Of a stretch of DNA of 64,000 bases, positions 1 through 13,289 are shown one piece after another. Position 1 is the stretch's first letter. Each line of letters opens with the position of its first letter. The translations under genes were made by a program, and so were the position numbers. The notes beneath the pieces were generated by a model. That model was not told the DNA's origin. It saw only the letters and a program-made list of their open reading frames with translations, and did no database searches. The DNA is from Lama glama (Eukaryota): NCBI GenBank assembly GCA_028534125.1, contig CM052817.1, positions 81,098,001 through 81,162,000 of the forward strand, in the 5' to 3' direction.

Positions 1-360
1 GCAGGTTTTCCAGTGACTCTGACCTGATGGTTTTCAGTGGGCTGGATATGGTGCACAACTGTAAGTGCATCATCCAAGTTTCCAGTTTGTCATTGACATT
101 TTTGCCAAATACAAGATGTAATTGTGATAATTCATCAGCCTGTAACAATAGCCAGTAAACACATTATGACAATAAGAGGAAAAAATCTCACTTTTTATAT
201 CCACCCACTCAAAATAACTTGGATTTCTTGCGACCAACAGCATAACTTTATTTTGTTAAATTACAATTGTGATATAAAATTTATTTCATATAAGAGAATG
301 TAAGATGTGATTCCACCAAGCTGTAGTATTTTTATTTGGAGAACATGAGAGGCATCCCAC

Positions 361-500
361 ATGAGTGTGAAGAGAGTGGGCTTTGGAGACCGAAGACCTG
401 CATTAGGGTCTTGACTTTGCACTATGCTAGCACTGTGATCTTGAGCAAGAAACTTGATGCTGTTTCCAAGTACTTTGTATCCTCATGAATTCACAAAATT
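361..500 (+). mobile_element. MIR SINE fragment
   Basis: gagagtgggctttggagaccgaagacctg...ctagcactgtgatcttgagcaagaaactt resembles the MIR 5' half and core. Confidence 0.7.
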
Positions 501-2099
501 GAGAAGAATGGGTTTCTTGACAATCTCAGGAAACATACTTGAAGTTTTGTGACAATCATAAAAATATGTCAGAGTACTTTGAGAAAAGTAAATGTTCCCA
601 TTTACTATTATTTGGAATGGGGTAGGAAATAATAAATTTAGAACTAATATATTAAAGGATAAAATATATTCTCTCTTAGATATTATATAATCATGAATGT
701 TAGTGATCATGATTAAAAGTAGAACTTTTATATTATATTTAATAGAATTAATAAATATAAGCTTGTACCATTTTCAAAAGAAAATACTCTTTCAGAAAGT
801 GATGGAAGATTTTAAACATTAATGGGTAATGTTTAAATAACAAATAATTTAAATAAAATGTGTGCTTACAGTTTACTTGGGTAAATTATATGCTAAGTAT
901 AATTAAAATTGCAGTTGAAGAAACCTAAGAAAATCTTCTTGGGTTGAATATATAACTGATAAATTTTTTTTTATTTCAGAAGGAGGCTTTTATAGTAATA
1001 AGGTTATATACCAAAATCTATTGCTATTTTTTAAACTCTTGCTTATTCTAATTACTTATATGCAGCTGTAGTCAAAGCTAATATTTTTTAAGTATGAAAT
1101 GCAGATGAACCTTCAGGTTGCTTCAGGGTTATAATTCCTTACACATTCCACATTGATTAGATATAGAGGGGATGAAAACATTTTGCTTATAGAGGAGACT
1201 GGGCATTTTTAGCCAATCTATGAGCTAGTAGAAAATATCATTTTGCTAAGTAGGTATAATACAGCATGTATACCCTTGCCCCTTAATCCCAAAATAAAAT
1301 TCTGAATTCTACTTATAGAACAAACAAATGCAGAACAAATAACACTGTTTAATATTCAAGATGGAAACCTGAGTACTTTATTTTACATGTCAAAGAAGAA
1401 AATCACAGACAAATTAAATGGTAGAAAATTACTTTGTTTTGTCATTTAAAATGTGTCCTGCAACACAATCCCGCAGACTGTGACAAGATTAGAGAGATCT
1501 ATCTTCATTCTCTAAATGTAAAAGAAAGTCAGATAAAATGTAACCAAATTTAAAGACAATATTTGAGCTAGAAATTAATAATGTCAAATTCCTAGATTGC
1601 AGACACAAAAGGGAAAGTAAAAGCTAAACAATGAGAATTACTTAAAGCCAAATATCCCACAATATACTGAAATCAGATATACAAAGTATAGTCTTGAGCA
1701 GTGAGTGCTTCAGTCATGCACTAGTGTTAACAAATGTAAATTCTGGCTCTTGAACTGTGGAAGATAATAGTCCTGATTTAGAATTCAGTGTGCACATGTA
1801 GCCAAGAGATAATGCTTTTGCCCAATCTATAACCAGGAGCTAACCCCAGTGCCTATTTTCCATGACAGAGGAGTCAGAAAATCTTCACCCCATAGTGCCA
1901 AGATGCTATAAGAAACAGGAACAGAGCTTACCTTTTACTCAGGGAATGGCTGGAGAAAGAATTGCTCACCCAGGGAGAAACTGAAATTATAGCCAAGACT
2001 CGTCATGCCACGCAGCAACCTCAGCTAAGTAATTAACACCAATTACCGTAAAAACCCCACCTTCCCAAAGTGAAATATGTTGGATCTTGAAAGAGGCAA

Positions 2100-2900
2100 T
2101 TGTAAAATCATCAATTATAGAAATACCTCCCTATTCCAGAGAACCTGTAAATCCCACTGTAAACTCTGAAGATGAGCTTAGTAAAAATGTATGATCAAGA
2201 GGACGGTAGATACAAAATGGCAGAATTCACACATGGAAATATATAGATAATAGAGACTCTGAAAGTAAATACCTACAAATTTTCATAACAATAAGTGAAT
2301 GCATAGAGTTCATAAGGTAAAAGATGGACATTATGGAAAAATAGCAGGTGAGTTTGCAAAAGAATTAAAAATAAATGTACAAAAATGGAAAACATGGTCA
2401 TTAAATACATGAAACATTAAAGTACAACAGAAGAGAGACTTGGAAGATAGGTCTGAAGAGCTGTCTCAAAATATAGCTTATATGGAAGGAAAATAAGAAG
2501 GAGAAGTTAGATTAAATAGAGAACAAAAATGTTTTGACCAATACACATTCCAAAAAGAGAGACATGGAAAAGAAGAGGCAGTATTTGAGGAAATAATGGC
2601 TCATGATACATGTCAAAAGGAATTCATGCATCCTTAGATTAAAAAAAAAAACTGAGGCCTGAACAAGATTAAAAAATTCAAATTACTACACTTAGATACC
2701 TCATAAAGATAGTAAATAATTGTTTCCAGGCATTCAAAAAAGAATGAATTGTCTCCACTCATGGTCACATGATAAAAAAATACTAAAGTGTGTATTTAAG
2801 CAAGAATGAATTAGAACTTGGAAGGAAGAAATAGAATATAAGAAGAAACATAAGCAAACAAATTGGTAAAAATAGATTTGTAAAGTAAGTAAGTATCAGA
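2100..2900 (+). mobile_element. Old L1M ORF1-region fragment
   Basis: A-rich sense strand with ORF1-like remnants: ggaagataggtctgaagag, gcagtatttgaggaaataatggct, actacacttagatacctcata. No open frame. Confidence 0.55.
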
Positions 2901-3559
2901 GGTGGAAAGAAAATAGTGACTGATGAACTTCTGGTTCAGAACGTGATGGGACAGCTGGTATTAAACTAGCAGTCCCTAAAACCAACTTTGCGGACATTAG
3001 CCCTCTTGACAGCCTTGCTTGTTCATGTCATGCCAAGCACAAAGACTCACTGGTGGTGGAATCAGCAATGTTTCTTGGCTGTAATAAGTTCTTGCTCATT
3101 CCTCTGGTCCAGTGTAGATCACTTTTGTTTCTATGAGGTAAAAATGGTTCTGACATAGGGAGAGAGGAAAAGCTTCCTTTCAGTTCCATTTACTCCCATA
3201 GGCCTAGGGTTTCACCTCTACTGTCCTAAAATCCTCTATTTTTGCTAAGCTGCATTGATGGGGCTTTGGTGGGGTGCTACATTTGGATGGGGTCCACACT
3301 CAGTCCCACCTCTTGGTGAGAACTCGCATTGCCCACAAAACTCTGCTGAAGACAGGGCATCTCTGAAGTAGACTCCCTTGCTTGAGGTTTCTTCACAGAG
3401 CTTTTCAAGCCCATGTAAATAAACAGAAGTAAGTCAATGAAAGCAAATTTACTGCTTAACTCAACTTGGCAATAGTCAAGCTTCAAAATCCAATGTACAT
3501 TTGAGGAAATGGTGAGCCTCATACCCTTAACTACATAATCTAACCTATTGCAAAAGAAA

Positions 3560-4230
3560 AGGGACACCCATGGAAGGGCACAGAAAGCTGAAATGCAGTG
3601 GTATGTGAGAAAACTAAAAGCAGTGCAGTGTTACCTTGTAGCCAGCTATATAGGATAGGGAAGGTAGAAGATGAAACTGGAGAACTAGGCAGGGACCAGA
3701 TAATAGAAGGCCTCATATATTATGTAAAGCCATCTGAACTGTATTGTCTAAATAATGCAGAACCATTAAAGCAGAGAGTACACAGTCAGATCTATACTTT
3801 AGCAGGTGTCTCCAGTTATGTGTAGATTATGGATTTAAAGAGAGCATAAATAGCACATTCTAGGCAGGAGACTCTTTGCGGCACAAAGACGTATTCATTA
3901 CCTGAGAGTTGGGATGGTTTTTATGGAAATAACAGGATTGAGAAACATTTAATATGTAAAACAATAGCATTTAATGATTGATCAGATGTAGGGTGTGGTG
4001 AAGGGAAGGAGAAGTTTAGAATGACCTCTGTGTTTCTGGCCTTGAGTATCTGGGTGCCTATGGAATATTCAAGAATAGCAGGAAGTTAAATATGTCAGTC
4101 TGAAGTCAAAGGAGAACGATCTCTGTGGATACATATTTAGTACCTTTATTACAAGACTAGATAAGATCATCCAAGAAGAACACAAAATACATGAAGAGTA
4201 GAGAGTCAAGGTTGGAACTCTATCCTCAAA
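3560..4230 (-). mobile_element. L2 LINE fragment
   Basis: ggagaactaggcagggaccagataatagaaggcctc and aatgacctctgtgtttctggccttgagtatctgggtg match antisense L2 3' region. Confidence 0.7.
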
Positions 4231-5033
4231 TCTAATTCTCTAATTCTAACACAGTAGCACCTCAGCACCCCTCCATTGTTCCCTTATTATTTCTAGAATC
4301 CCCAATGAGTGTTGCCATGCTCCGCATATTTTCTCAGGTTCTCAAGGCCACTGGTTACCTTTCAGCCAGTTGTCCATACTCCAGGCTCCGAGGTCACTTG
4401 AGCTGCTTTCTTATTCAGCTGCTCCAGGAAGCTATCTTTCTAGCCCAGTTTGCTCTGCCAACGCTCAGCTCCATTTCAGAAGCCCTAAGTAGTCTTCCTC
4501 ATGGAAAAGAAAGGGCTGGTCAACCTTCACAAATGGAAAAAAAAATCTCAGGTTTACCAACACATACCCCAACACACATTTATTTTATTCTAAAGCTATT
4601 TAATATTAAGCACTGAAATATGAGCATTTGGACTACTTAAAAATCCGAGATCTCCTTAAAACAATGAGTACATTTTTACTGTATTTTCTGTAACCAAAGG
4701 GGCTTTCTGGCATATTTCATGAAACGAAACATTTATCCATTAAGCTGACTTGCAGCCTTTGAAATTTCTACTAAATTTGATTGAAGATACAGACATATAT
4801 CTTCATATATCTCAAAATACATGAGTAAACAAAATAAAATTCTGGCGCACTTAAAACCTGGTGAGAGAATCACTGGGAGCAACAACCTTTATAAGGGGCA
4901 GATTGAGAGAAATCTCACAAAGAGATAAGGAAAGAAACAGTGAGACAGGTAGGAGAGGGACAGTGAAGAGAGAGCACCGTCAAGAAGCCAGGTTAGTAGA
5001 GGGCAACTTTCAGAAAGTGAAGAGAAAATGCCA

Positions 5034-5040
<7 letters not shown>

Positions 5041-5076
<36 letters not shown>
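5041..5076. repeat. (TG)18 microsatellite
   Basis: Perfect dinucleotide run, read directly. Confidence 0.98.
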
Positions 5077-5078
<2 letters not shown>

Positions 5079-5627
5079 ATGGCTGGTGAGAGGAGGGCAG
5101 GAGTAACAATGAATGAAAGTTAATCTTTCATTTCACTTCTGTGCAATATGACTACAGGAGTAATGTAATGGAGGCAATTCCATTTGCTAAGTATCTTCTT
5201 CTGTCAGAAGCTTTGTTCTCACTCCAGGTTGGATCATTCTCTCATGTCTGAAGGCCTGAGAAGACTTCAGAGGAACTCCAGAAGAACTAAACACCAAGAA
5301 TGAAATAAAACTCTAAAAGAGAACATTTGGCTAGATTTTAGTTACAAGTTAACTAAGATTTAGGAAAAAAATATTTGGAAATTATCCTTCATATTCAAAT
5401 ATAAAGCACAGTATTTGGGTTTATATGTTAAGACTTTTGAACCATGGCTTATTTGCTACAATTCCATATTTCTTCAAGTAGAAATTTGTATACCCATAAT
5501 GAAGTTTTCATCATCTCAGTAATTTATGAATCTAATCATTATTGTTCCTCAATGAAATATATTGACCTGTTGAGTACAGCAGGATAAATTTACAAACTAG
5601 TTTGATTGTCTTGTCAAATCTTGACTG

Positions 5628-6600
5628 CTTTTTAAAAAATTAATAAGCTTCATTTTTTAGAACAGTTTTAGGTTCACAGCAAAACTGAGAAGTACAGAAT
5701 TCAAACATACTCACATCCCTTCCCACACTTAACTTCCCTCACTATAGAGCTCCCACACCAGAATAATATATTTGTTACAATTTAGCATACATGGACAAAT
5801 TATTATCACCCAAAGCCCATAGTTTTTATTAGAGGCCATTCTTGGTGTTGTACCTCCTATGGGTGTTAACAAATGTATAATGACAGGTTTCCACTACTGC
5901 AGTAACATACAGAATAGATTCACTGCCCTAAAACTCCTCTGTATTCCGCCTATTCACCCCTTCCTCGTCCCTAACCTTTGGTAACCAGTGAGCTTTTAAA
6001 TGTCTCCGTATATTGCATTTTATAGGCTGTCAAAGAGTTGCAGTTATGTAGTATGTACCCTTTTCAGATTGACTTCTTTCACTTAGTAATATGCATTTAA
6101 GTTTCCTCCAGGTCTTTTCATGGCTTGATGGCTCATTTCTCTTTAGTGCTGAATAATATTCCACTGTGTGGATGTACCACAGTTTATTTATCCTTTTATT
6201 GTTTGAAGGGCATCTTGGTTGTTTCCAAGATTTTTCAGTCACGTAGAAAGCTGCTATAAATATCCCTGTGCAGGTTTTTGTATTGACGAAAGTTTCTAAT
6301 TCATTTGAGTGAATACTGAGGTGCATGATTGCTAGATCATGTGATAAGAGTATGTTTAGTTTTGCTAAAAACTTCCAAGCTATCTTCCGAAGTGATAGTA
6401 CCATTTTATATTCCCACCAGCAAAGAGTAAGACTTTCTGTTGCTCCACATTCTCACCAGCATTTGGTTTTGTCAGTATTTTAAACTTTGACCGTTCTAAT
6501 AGGTGTATCGTGGTATCTCATTTTAATTTGCAGTTCCTTGATGCTATATGATGTTGAACTTCCTTTCATATGCTTATTTCCCATCTGTATATCTTCTTTT
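5628..6600 (-). mobile_element. L1MC-type LINE-1 3' end (ORF2 C-terminus and 3' UTR)
   Basis: ORF 6030..6404 gives WKQPRCPS...INKLWYIHTVEYYSALKRNE...LSERSQ (L1 ORF2 C-terminus). The end ttttagaacagttttaggttcacagcaaaa is typical of L1MC1/2. Confidence 0.9.
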
Positions 6601-7955
6601 CTCTTGACCACTTCTGAAGTATCAATTAATAAGTCAATCTATTTAAATGAGATCTTTGAGGTTTTCACTTAAGATTGAGTATCAGACATATTTCATTAAA
6701 ATTGCAGTCACTATAATAACAATTCATTGTTGCTATCTTAGCCTTCAATATCCTCAAAATCGAGAATATTTAATATCCTCCAAAATATAAAGGGTTATAT
6801 GAATCACTCTTTTTATCTCTGTATCTCTGTCCATCCTAGATTGTTTAATGAGAAGCCCTTCCTTTTTATTTAAGAAAAAGTTAACATAGGAAGAAAGTTC
6901 AAAATACTACCAGATCTGGCTTTCTATCATATTCTTCTCAATAGAGCTGTGGAGGTGATGAGCAAAAATGTTCTGGATAACTGGCTAATTGGTTAGCTAT
7001 TCATTTTAAAAGGTAATTTATTAAATATATTTATTGAGGGGGAATTTATATTCACAGAAAGAAACCCTGTAGAATACTCATTTCATGTATTCCTGGAAAG
7101 GATTGTTGAACTTGGCAAATATTTGCTATTTTTTTCTTTCTGATACTAACATGCATCCCTGCATCAGCCAAAGGCATTGAATGGTTAGACACTCCACTTG
7201 ATACCTGAATTTATGTGTTTAAAACTATGTTTCCAGTTTCAATGTTTTAAATTAAATTAGGAATACAATGGGTAAAGTTTATTTCTCATTCCTAATTTGA
7301 TTTAACTGTTTGTGGTGATAATAATAATAATATTCACCATGGCATTACTTTCAAAGAAAATAACTCCTCAAGTTCTTCCCATATTTCTCCAAAAGAAAAA
7401 TCCCATAGATCCACATTACAGATTCAGTATAAAGTTCATCCTCAGCTCTGTCATTCATTAAAATACACATCTCATTTTTCAAAGTTGCATTTCATGAACA
7501 AATTTAACTTGTTTAAGAGCATGCCCAATTCTGTCATACACAGTCATTCTGTAGTATAGTCAATTTACATTAAAACATAAATCAATTTTAAGAGGATAAC
7601 TAAAATTTCACTGTCATTAGAGGCAGATGGAAATTGAGGCAATTGAATCAAGGAGAAAGGAGACATTGATCTTGTGGCTGCACTGTCCGTTGTCTCCAAT
7701 AACCCTTCTAACCCTGTTCCATTGGCTTTGAATAATCAAGCTTCAGGAGCATGAGATAATCTTGATTGAAATAAAGCCATTTAAATTGAATTATGGCAGT
7801 ATTTACTCAGTGCCTATTAAGAATACTAGGAATGAATGGGTATAGATTTGTTTATTCCCACAAAAATACTTATTGAATATTGAGGAAACTATGCAAATTC
7901 ACTGGTGGAAGATCACCAGTGATTAAAATGGGAAAGGATCCCTGTCTTGAACAAG

Positions 7956-8413
7956 TGCATCAGGTTTCCATCAAAGGAGCAGAACCACTAAGAGCGATAT
8001 AGAGTAAGGGACTCAGTTTAGAGATTTGATCATGCGTGGACTCCTTAACAAACTCCTTATCTGTTTCTCACTGCCTGTAAACTGGGTTACATGTTGACCT
8101 GAGGAAGATGTTGGTACCGTTGGCCATGGAGATGCACAAGTACCTGGTTCAGGACTTGAAAAGTTGAAGGCCTGGCTGCTACCTCATGTTAAGAAGATGA
8201 GCCAACAGATCAGCAACAACTCGAGTAGGAACAGCTACAACCGTGCTTGCTCCTATACTGATTTCCAGAGAGAAAATTACTTCTTTACTTCTGTATTATA
8301 TATCTTACACAAATTTTTCTGGTGGCCACCTTAATCTGGACACACTCAGGGAAGGTGATTCTGGGAAATATGTTTCCAGCTTAGTTAGTGTCCCTGAGTA
8401 CAAAGAGACTACA
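7956..8413 (-). mobile_element. MLT2-like (ERVL) solo LTR
   Basis: Starts tgcatcaggtttccatcaaaggagcagaaccacta and ends ggtgattctgggaaatatgtttccagcttag...actaca, like reverse-complemented MLT2 termini. Confidence 0.55.
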
Positions 8414-9019
8414 GTGATTATGTAGTTTGGGTGAGATGTTAATCACATAAGCACATAGCCATGTAAAAGTATGACTGGTACAAGCATAATGCAAAAGAGG
8501 TTCAAAGTGCTTTGAGATAAAAGGAGTTGACTAGTCAGGGAAGTTTTTTTTTTTCTAAGCTTGAATTCTCAACTGAAAGAGAAGAAAGCTTTTACTAAGC
8601 AAACTTAGAGATGAAGAAGCTTTTCAAAAACTGAGAAGAGCAGGTGCAAATGTCTAGTGAGAGGGTCCATAGCACCTGTCTGAATCTATAGGTGGAATTT
8701 AATCTGGACTTTCAACTATTAAGTCCTAAATCTATATATAGCTATATAACTACATTTAGTATATAACCAAATACAGTCACAGACATCTGTACATGAGACA
8801 TAATTATAGATAAATACTTAAAAGATTGAAACCATTCAATTTCTAGACATAGAAAGGTAGATATATAGTACATACAATGAAAACAGCTCATCAGCTCATT
8901 TTCTAAATGTGTGTTATTTTAATTCAAGGTTATTTGTCAGTCCTTAACCTTTAGAAGCTTAAAATCAATCAAAAATAAGTCCATCAGAACAAAATAAATA
9001 TATAATTATAAATTATTTC

Positions 9020-9560
9020 AATTCATTCATTTAAAATTATTTATTGCATGTCTACAAAGCCCCAGATTATTGTAGCCAGAGCTGAAATTGAGATATATTA
9101 AAATGTATAATAGGCAAGTTGACTCAAATAGAGTTTCAGCAGAAGGATGTATAAAAATAAACAACTATACTACAGTGAAGATATGTATAAAATGCCATTA
9201 GCATAGGAGTGGATTTTTCAGCAAGGGAGTAATATTAGGAGTGATTTAAAGAACAAATCATTTAGCAGCTGAACAAGCATTAAAGGAGTTTCAAGACAAA
9301 TTGAAAAAGTACTGAGAAGTGAATGAGCACATCTATTGAGTCCAGAGTACTCTGCGCAGCCTGATTCTGTTTGAATAACAAGAGGGAATGGAGAGAGGTG
9401 TGCGCAGGAAGAGGACAGGATCAGATAGGAAAAGTTTATACATATGTTGAGAAATTAAAACTGTCCTAAAACTAAGAATGGATAATAAATTTTGACCAGG
9501 AAAAATAAATGATTAAAAGAAACTAAACTAATACTGAAGATAGATTGAAGATAGACAATA
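9020..9560 (-). mobile_element. L2 LINE 3' end
   Basis: attcattcatttaaaattatttattg (antisense L2 tail) followed by a GA-rich degenerate body. Confidence 0.6.
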
Positions 9561-10599
9561 CCAGTCTAGCAACATTCCTCCCCGGGTTCCTTCTTGATTT
9601 CTTACTCTCTAGTCTAATGCTATTTAAAAAAAAAAAAAAAGTTGAATTGTCTTCCTGCCTCCCTCTCTCATTTTTCTAATCACCTCAGTTAAAGGCCACC
9701 TAGGCTAATTTGTGAGTATTAATATGTCTCGAATGTGTAGTATATAGGTCTAGTCCTCTTCATTTATTCAGCCTAATGCTAGGTAACAATATGGAAGAGA
9801 AAATTGAAAAAAATAGGAAGAAATAAAAGAAATAAGCAATAATATGAAGGGAAAATTAACTTAGATAACCAGGTGGGGGATTTTTAATATGTAACCTTCA
9901 GGATGAAAAAGAGACAGTCATGAGAGAAGTGAGGAAGATGGTATTCCAGAATGGGAAAAAAATTCATAGATATCTCATTCCAGGAACTAGAAGAATAATA
10001 GAATAGGTTATGAATTTAGGCAGGGCTTGAAAGTCAGCTAAAGAGTAAATCTAAGTAACTCAGTTGTACATGATTTTTAAAGTATCCCTGAAAGGTCATG
10101 AAAAAAATATGAAATACACTTTATATGTCCAGTTCAGGATCCTTTCTCTTACAGTAGATTGAACAAAGATCCAAAATTGTAAACAAAATAGAGCTAAATC
10201 AATGAGAGTTAAAAATTAGACTGTAAGTTGCAAATAATATTCTGTGTTAGGTACAAGAGACAAAATGAATGGGGCCCTTTCCTGTCTTTTATAATGAGGC
10301 TCATGCCTAAAATTATTAAAGAAAATTGCTAGATGCTCTCCAAAATTGGACATTTTTTCAATGAGCCTGGGAAAGTGAGCCAAAATTAAAACCAATTATG
10401 GGCCTTCTAAAAAAACTACTGACTCACAATAAAAATAAGAGCAAAGTTCCTCTGATCTCTTAGAATTGAGAGCCAGTGGAGAGACATAGGTGGATGTTAC
10501 AAACAGGATTACTGGAAGAAACAACTATCCACACATGCTAAGAAACAGAAGGGTGGTTATTCAAACTCTGCTCAGTGATTTCACTCAAAGGAACCATAT

Positions 10600-11310
10600 T
10601 TTAAATATAAAGACTCAGTTGATAGAACAAAGGATAAAAATAAAGATTATTGGGAAAAAATAGTGCAGAAATAGACCAACACATAGAGTCTATTGAGTTT
10701 TTTCCAAAAGATGCCAAGACAATTGAAAGAGAAAGGATACTCTTTTTAACAAATGGTTCCAGAACAACTGAGTATCCATATGGAAAAAAGTATACTTCAA
10801 CTCTCACTTCACAGCCTACACGAAAATTAGTTCAAAGTAGGTCACATTTCTAGGTGTAATAATTAAAACACTTAAACTTCAAGAAGAAAACATAGGAGAA
10901 AATATTCATGACAATGGAATAAGCAAACATTCATTTAGATCAGATTACTAAATATGTAAGAAAAACTTTGTAAATTGTACTTCATCAAAATGAATAATTT
11001 CTCTTCTTTTAAAGATACTGTTAAGAAAATGAGAATTCATACCATCAGAGGAAAAGAACTTGTATCAAGAATATATTTTAAAAATCATAATACTTACATA
11101 TGAATATGTATAAAGATATGTAAAGAATCCTTACAGTTGATTTAAAAGGTAAATAGCCCAAAATTTTTTAAAGAAGGTAATTTATTTGAACAGGAACTTC
11201 ACAAAAGAAGCCAAACAAATAGCCAAAATAAAAAGAAGCTTAATATCATTAATCAAGGAGTGACTAAAAGTACAATGAAATGCCACTATATACATTCTCA
11301 CACGCAACAC
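10600..11310 (+). mobile_element. Old L1M ORF2 3' fragment
   Basis: Degenerate ORF2 peptide FFPKDAKTIERERILFLTNG. Also gaagaaaacataggagaaaatattcatgac and ttgaacaggaacttcacaaaagaag. Confidence 0.85.
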
Positions 11311-11832
11311 TTTGTATAGAGTCAATAATTCCTCTGGATGTAGCCCCAAAATGGCTTTCCTTTTTTGTTCCCTCATTTCTGATTCTTCACAGATGGTAAA
11401 AAAATGAAAGGAAAAGGAATTTTTAATTCCTGGCAGGAGGCATGTTTACTCTGAATTTTAAACAGTAGGTATTTATATAATTATTTTAATAATATGGAAA
11501 GTCTCATTTACTTATTTGATGAAAACAACCAATTTTATTATTCTCATTGAAATTATTTGATTTCTTTAGACGGAAACTCAGTCCTTACTGAGTTCTTCTA
11601 CAGCAAGCTGGATATATATTCTTTTAATTTCTATTTTTAGTTAATTGTTTTGAAAAATGCTACACCAAAATATTTGTAATGATTATAGCTAATTTCTAAT
11701 TATTCACTGAAGATGAATATATGTATTAATTTTTAAAATAAAAACTAATCAAGTTAAGAAATCTATGCAATAGTAATTATGTGGAAGCAATCTTCAGTTT
11801 GTGCTGAAATTTTATTTTCTTTGCTAGAATTC

Positions 11833-11851
11833 TGCTGCCCTCTGCTGGTCA
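11833..11851 (-). promoter_or_regulatory. Candidate CTCF site
   Basis: Minus strand TGACCAGCAGAGGGCAGCA closely matches the CTCF core consensus CC(A/G)(C/G)(C/T)AG(A/G)(G/T)GGC(A/G). Lies in apparently unique sequence. Confidence 0.6.
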
Positions 11852-12029
11852 CTACATCCTGTATTGGGAAGATGGAATCCATAGGTACTCCTTGCAAACA
11901 CCAAGAGACACAGAATTTTCCCCATCCGTTGTCCTCAATTCTATGATGTATCTGTCCACTAAAGGAGAAACATGAATCCATATAGAGTTTGAATTTGATT
12001 GTAGCCTTTTAAATGTGAAGTGACCTAAG

Positions 12030-12170
12030 AAATTATATACCTTTCTCATTTTACTGAAGTCAAATTTAAGACTCCCAAAATCAAAATGACTTTATCAAAT
12101 TACCAGTTAAACTCAATGAGTCAGTGTTGAACCCAGGTATACAATATAGAACTTGTCTTTATTTAAATGA
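12030..12170 (-). mobile_element. MIR fragment
   Basis: ctcattttactgaagtcaaatttaagactccc...aaatgactttatcaaattaccagtta resembles the antisense MIR core. Confidence 0.5.
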
Positions 12171-12315
12171 AGCTTAGCCAGAATTCACCTCTACTGAACA
12201 CAATATCACACATGCCCCAAATTATTTGTAAAAATGTGATAGCAGACAGTAATATGAAGAGTACTGAAATGTAGCAACATTTTTTGAGGTACCCTTAAAC
12301 ACTGCATACAAAAAC

Positions 12316-12460
12316 TTCCTTCTCTCCCTCCCTCCTTCCTTCCTTCCTTCCATTCGTTCGTTCCTTCTATTTTTTTCTCCTTTCTCTCTCTCCTGCCCAC
12401 TCCTTTCTCTTTCTTTCCCTCCCTGTCCCTATCTTCTTCCTTCCTTCCTTCCTTTTTTCT
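12316..12460. repeat. Polypyrimidine (TTCC/CT) low-complexity tract
   Basis: Read directly. It accounts for the spurious K/E/G/R-rich ORF 12206..12577. Confidence 0.9.
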
Positions 12461-12509
12461 TATGACCATTGAAACACTACTGAAGACCCTGTTTATGACT
12501 GATGGGGAC

Positions 12510-12850
12510 AGCAATGGATAAAGATAAAAAGACTGGGCTTTATCATTTGGTGTAAATTTCAATCCTATTTCTACCATTGATAAACCACGTGATTCTTAGG
12601 CAATTTATTTAGTCTTCCTAAACCTCAGTGGCTTCATCAGTAAATTAGAGATAAAAATAATGGCATGATGTCATGCAGAGATTGTGAGCATTAAATAAGA
12701 TTGTGAACACTGAATTATATTCACTTAAGCAAGAAAATACTATAAACATAAAAAAAAAGAATTTGTGTAAGAATTTGAATTATGTATATAATGGGCTTAG
12801 AAAACGTGCAGGACATACTGAATTCAAAAAAATATAGATAATAATGTTGT
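12510..12850 (+). mobile_element. MIR SINE
   Basis: gactgggcttt...gtgattcttaggcaatttatttagtcttcctaaacctcagtggcttcatcagtaaattagagataa (MIR core). Confidence 0.75.
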
Positions 12851-13289
12851 CACTCCTACTACTATCTCGCAGTTTTATTCCAAGTAATTATACTTCTATT
12901 AATGTTAATTCATTATGAATTAATGAAATTATGAGTTAATTCATAATTAATGAATTGTGAGTTATTAGTTCATTATGGCTGGCCCAACCTTTGATATTTA
13001 GTATATTCCATAAAATTTCCCCCAAAACCAAGGTGAGATCTGTGAAATTTGTAAGGGATATGATTTTAGGATATTGAGAACTCCTTCCCCTTTTCCAGAT
13101 TAAAATTAGTGCTTACATCAGTCATATCAAAGTGGATAAGTCTCAGTGTGCCTTTGGGTGAAATACTGACAATTACATTTTAATGCCAATTCTTGTTTAG
13201 TGGATGAGCAGACAAAGCTGTATTATTCTCTGCTAGTGTAGTGTAGACATGAATCAGGTAGTTTAAGGAAAGGTAGGGAAGGGGGTGAT

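Noticed and set aside
12206..12577. 123-aa K/E/G/R-rich ORF
   Set aside because: Translation of a TTCC low-complexity tract plus a MIR.
12900..12975. AT-rich imperfect palindromes (taattcattatgaatta)
   Set aside because: Low-complexity slippage sequence. Not a credible miRNA hairpin or transposon end.
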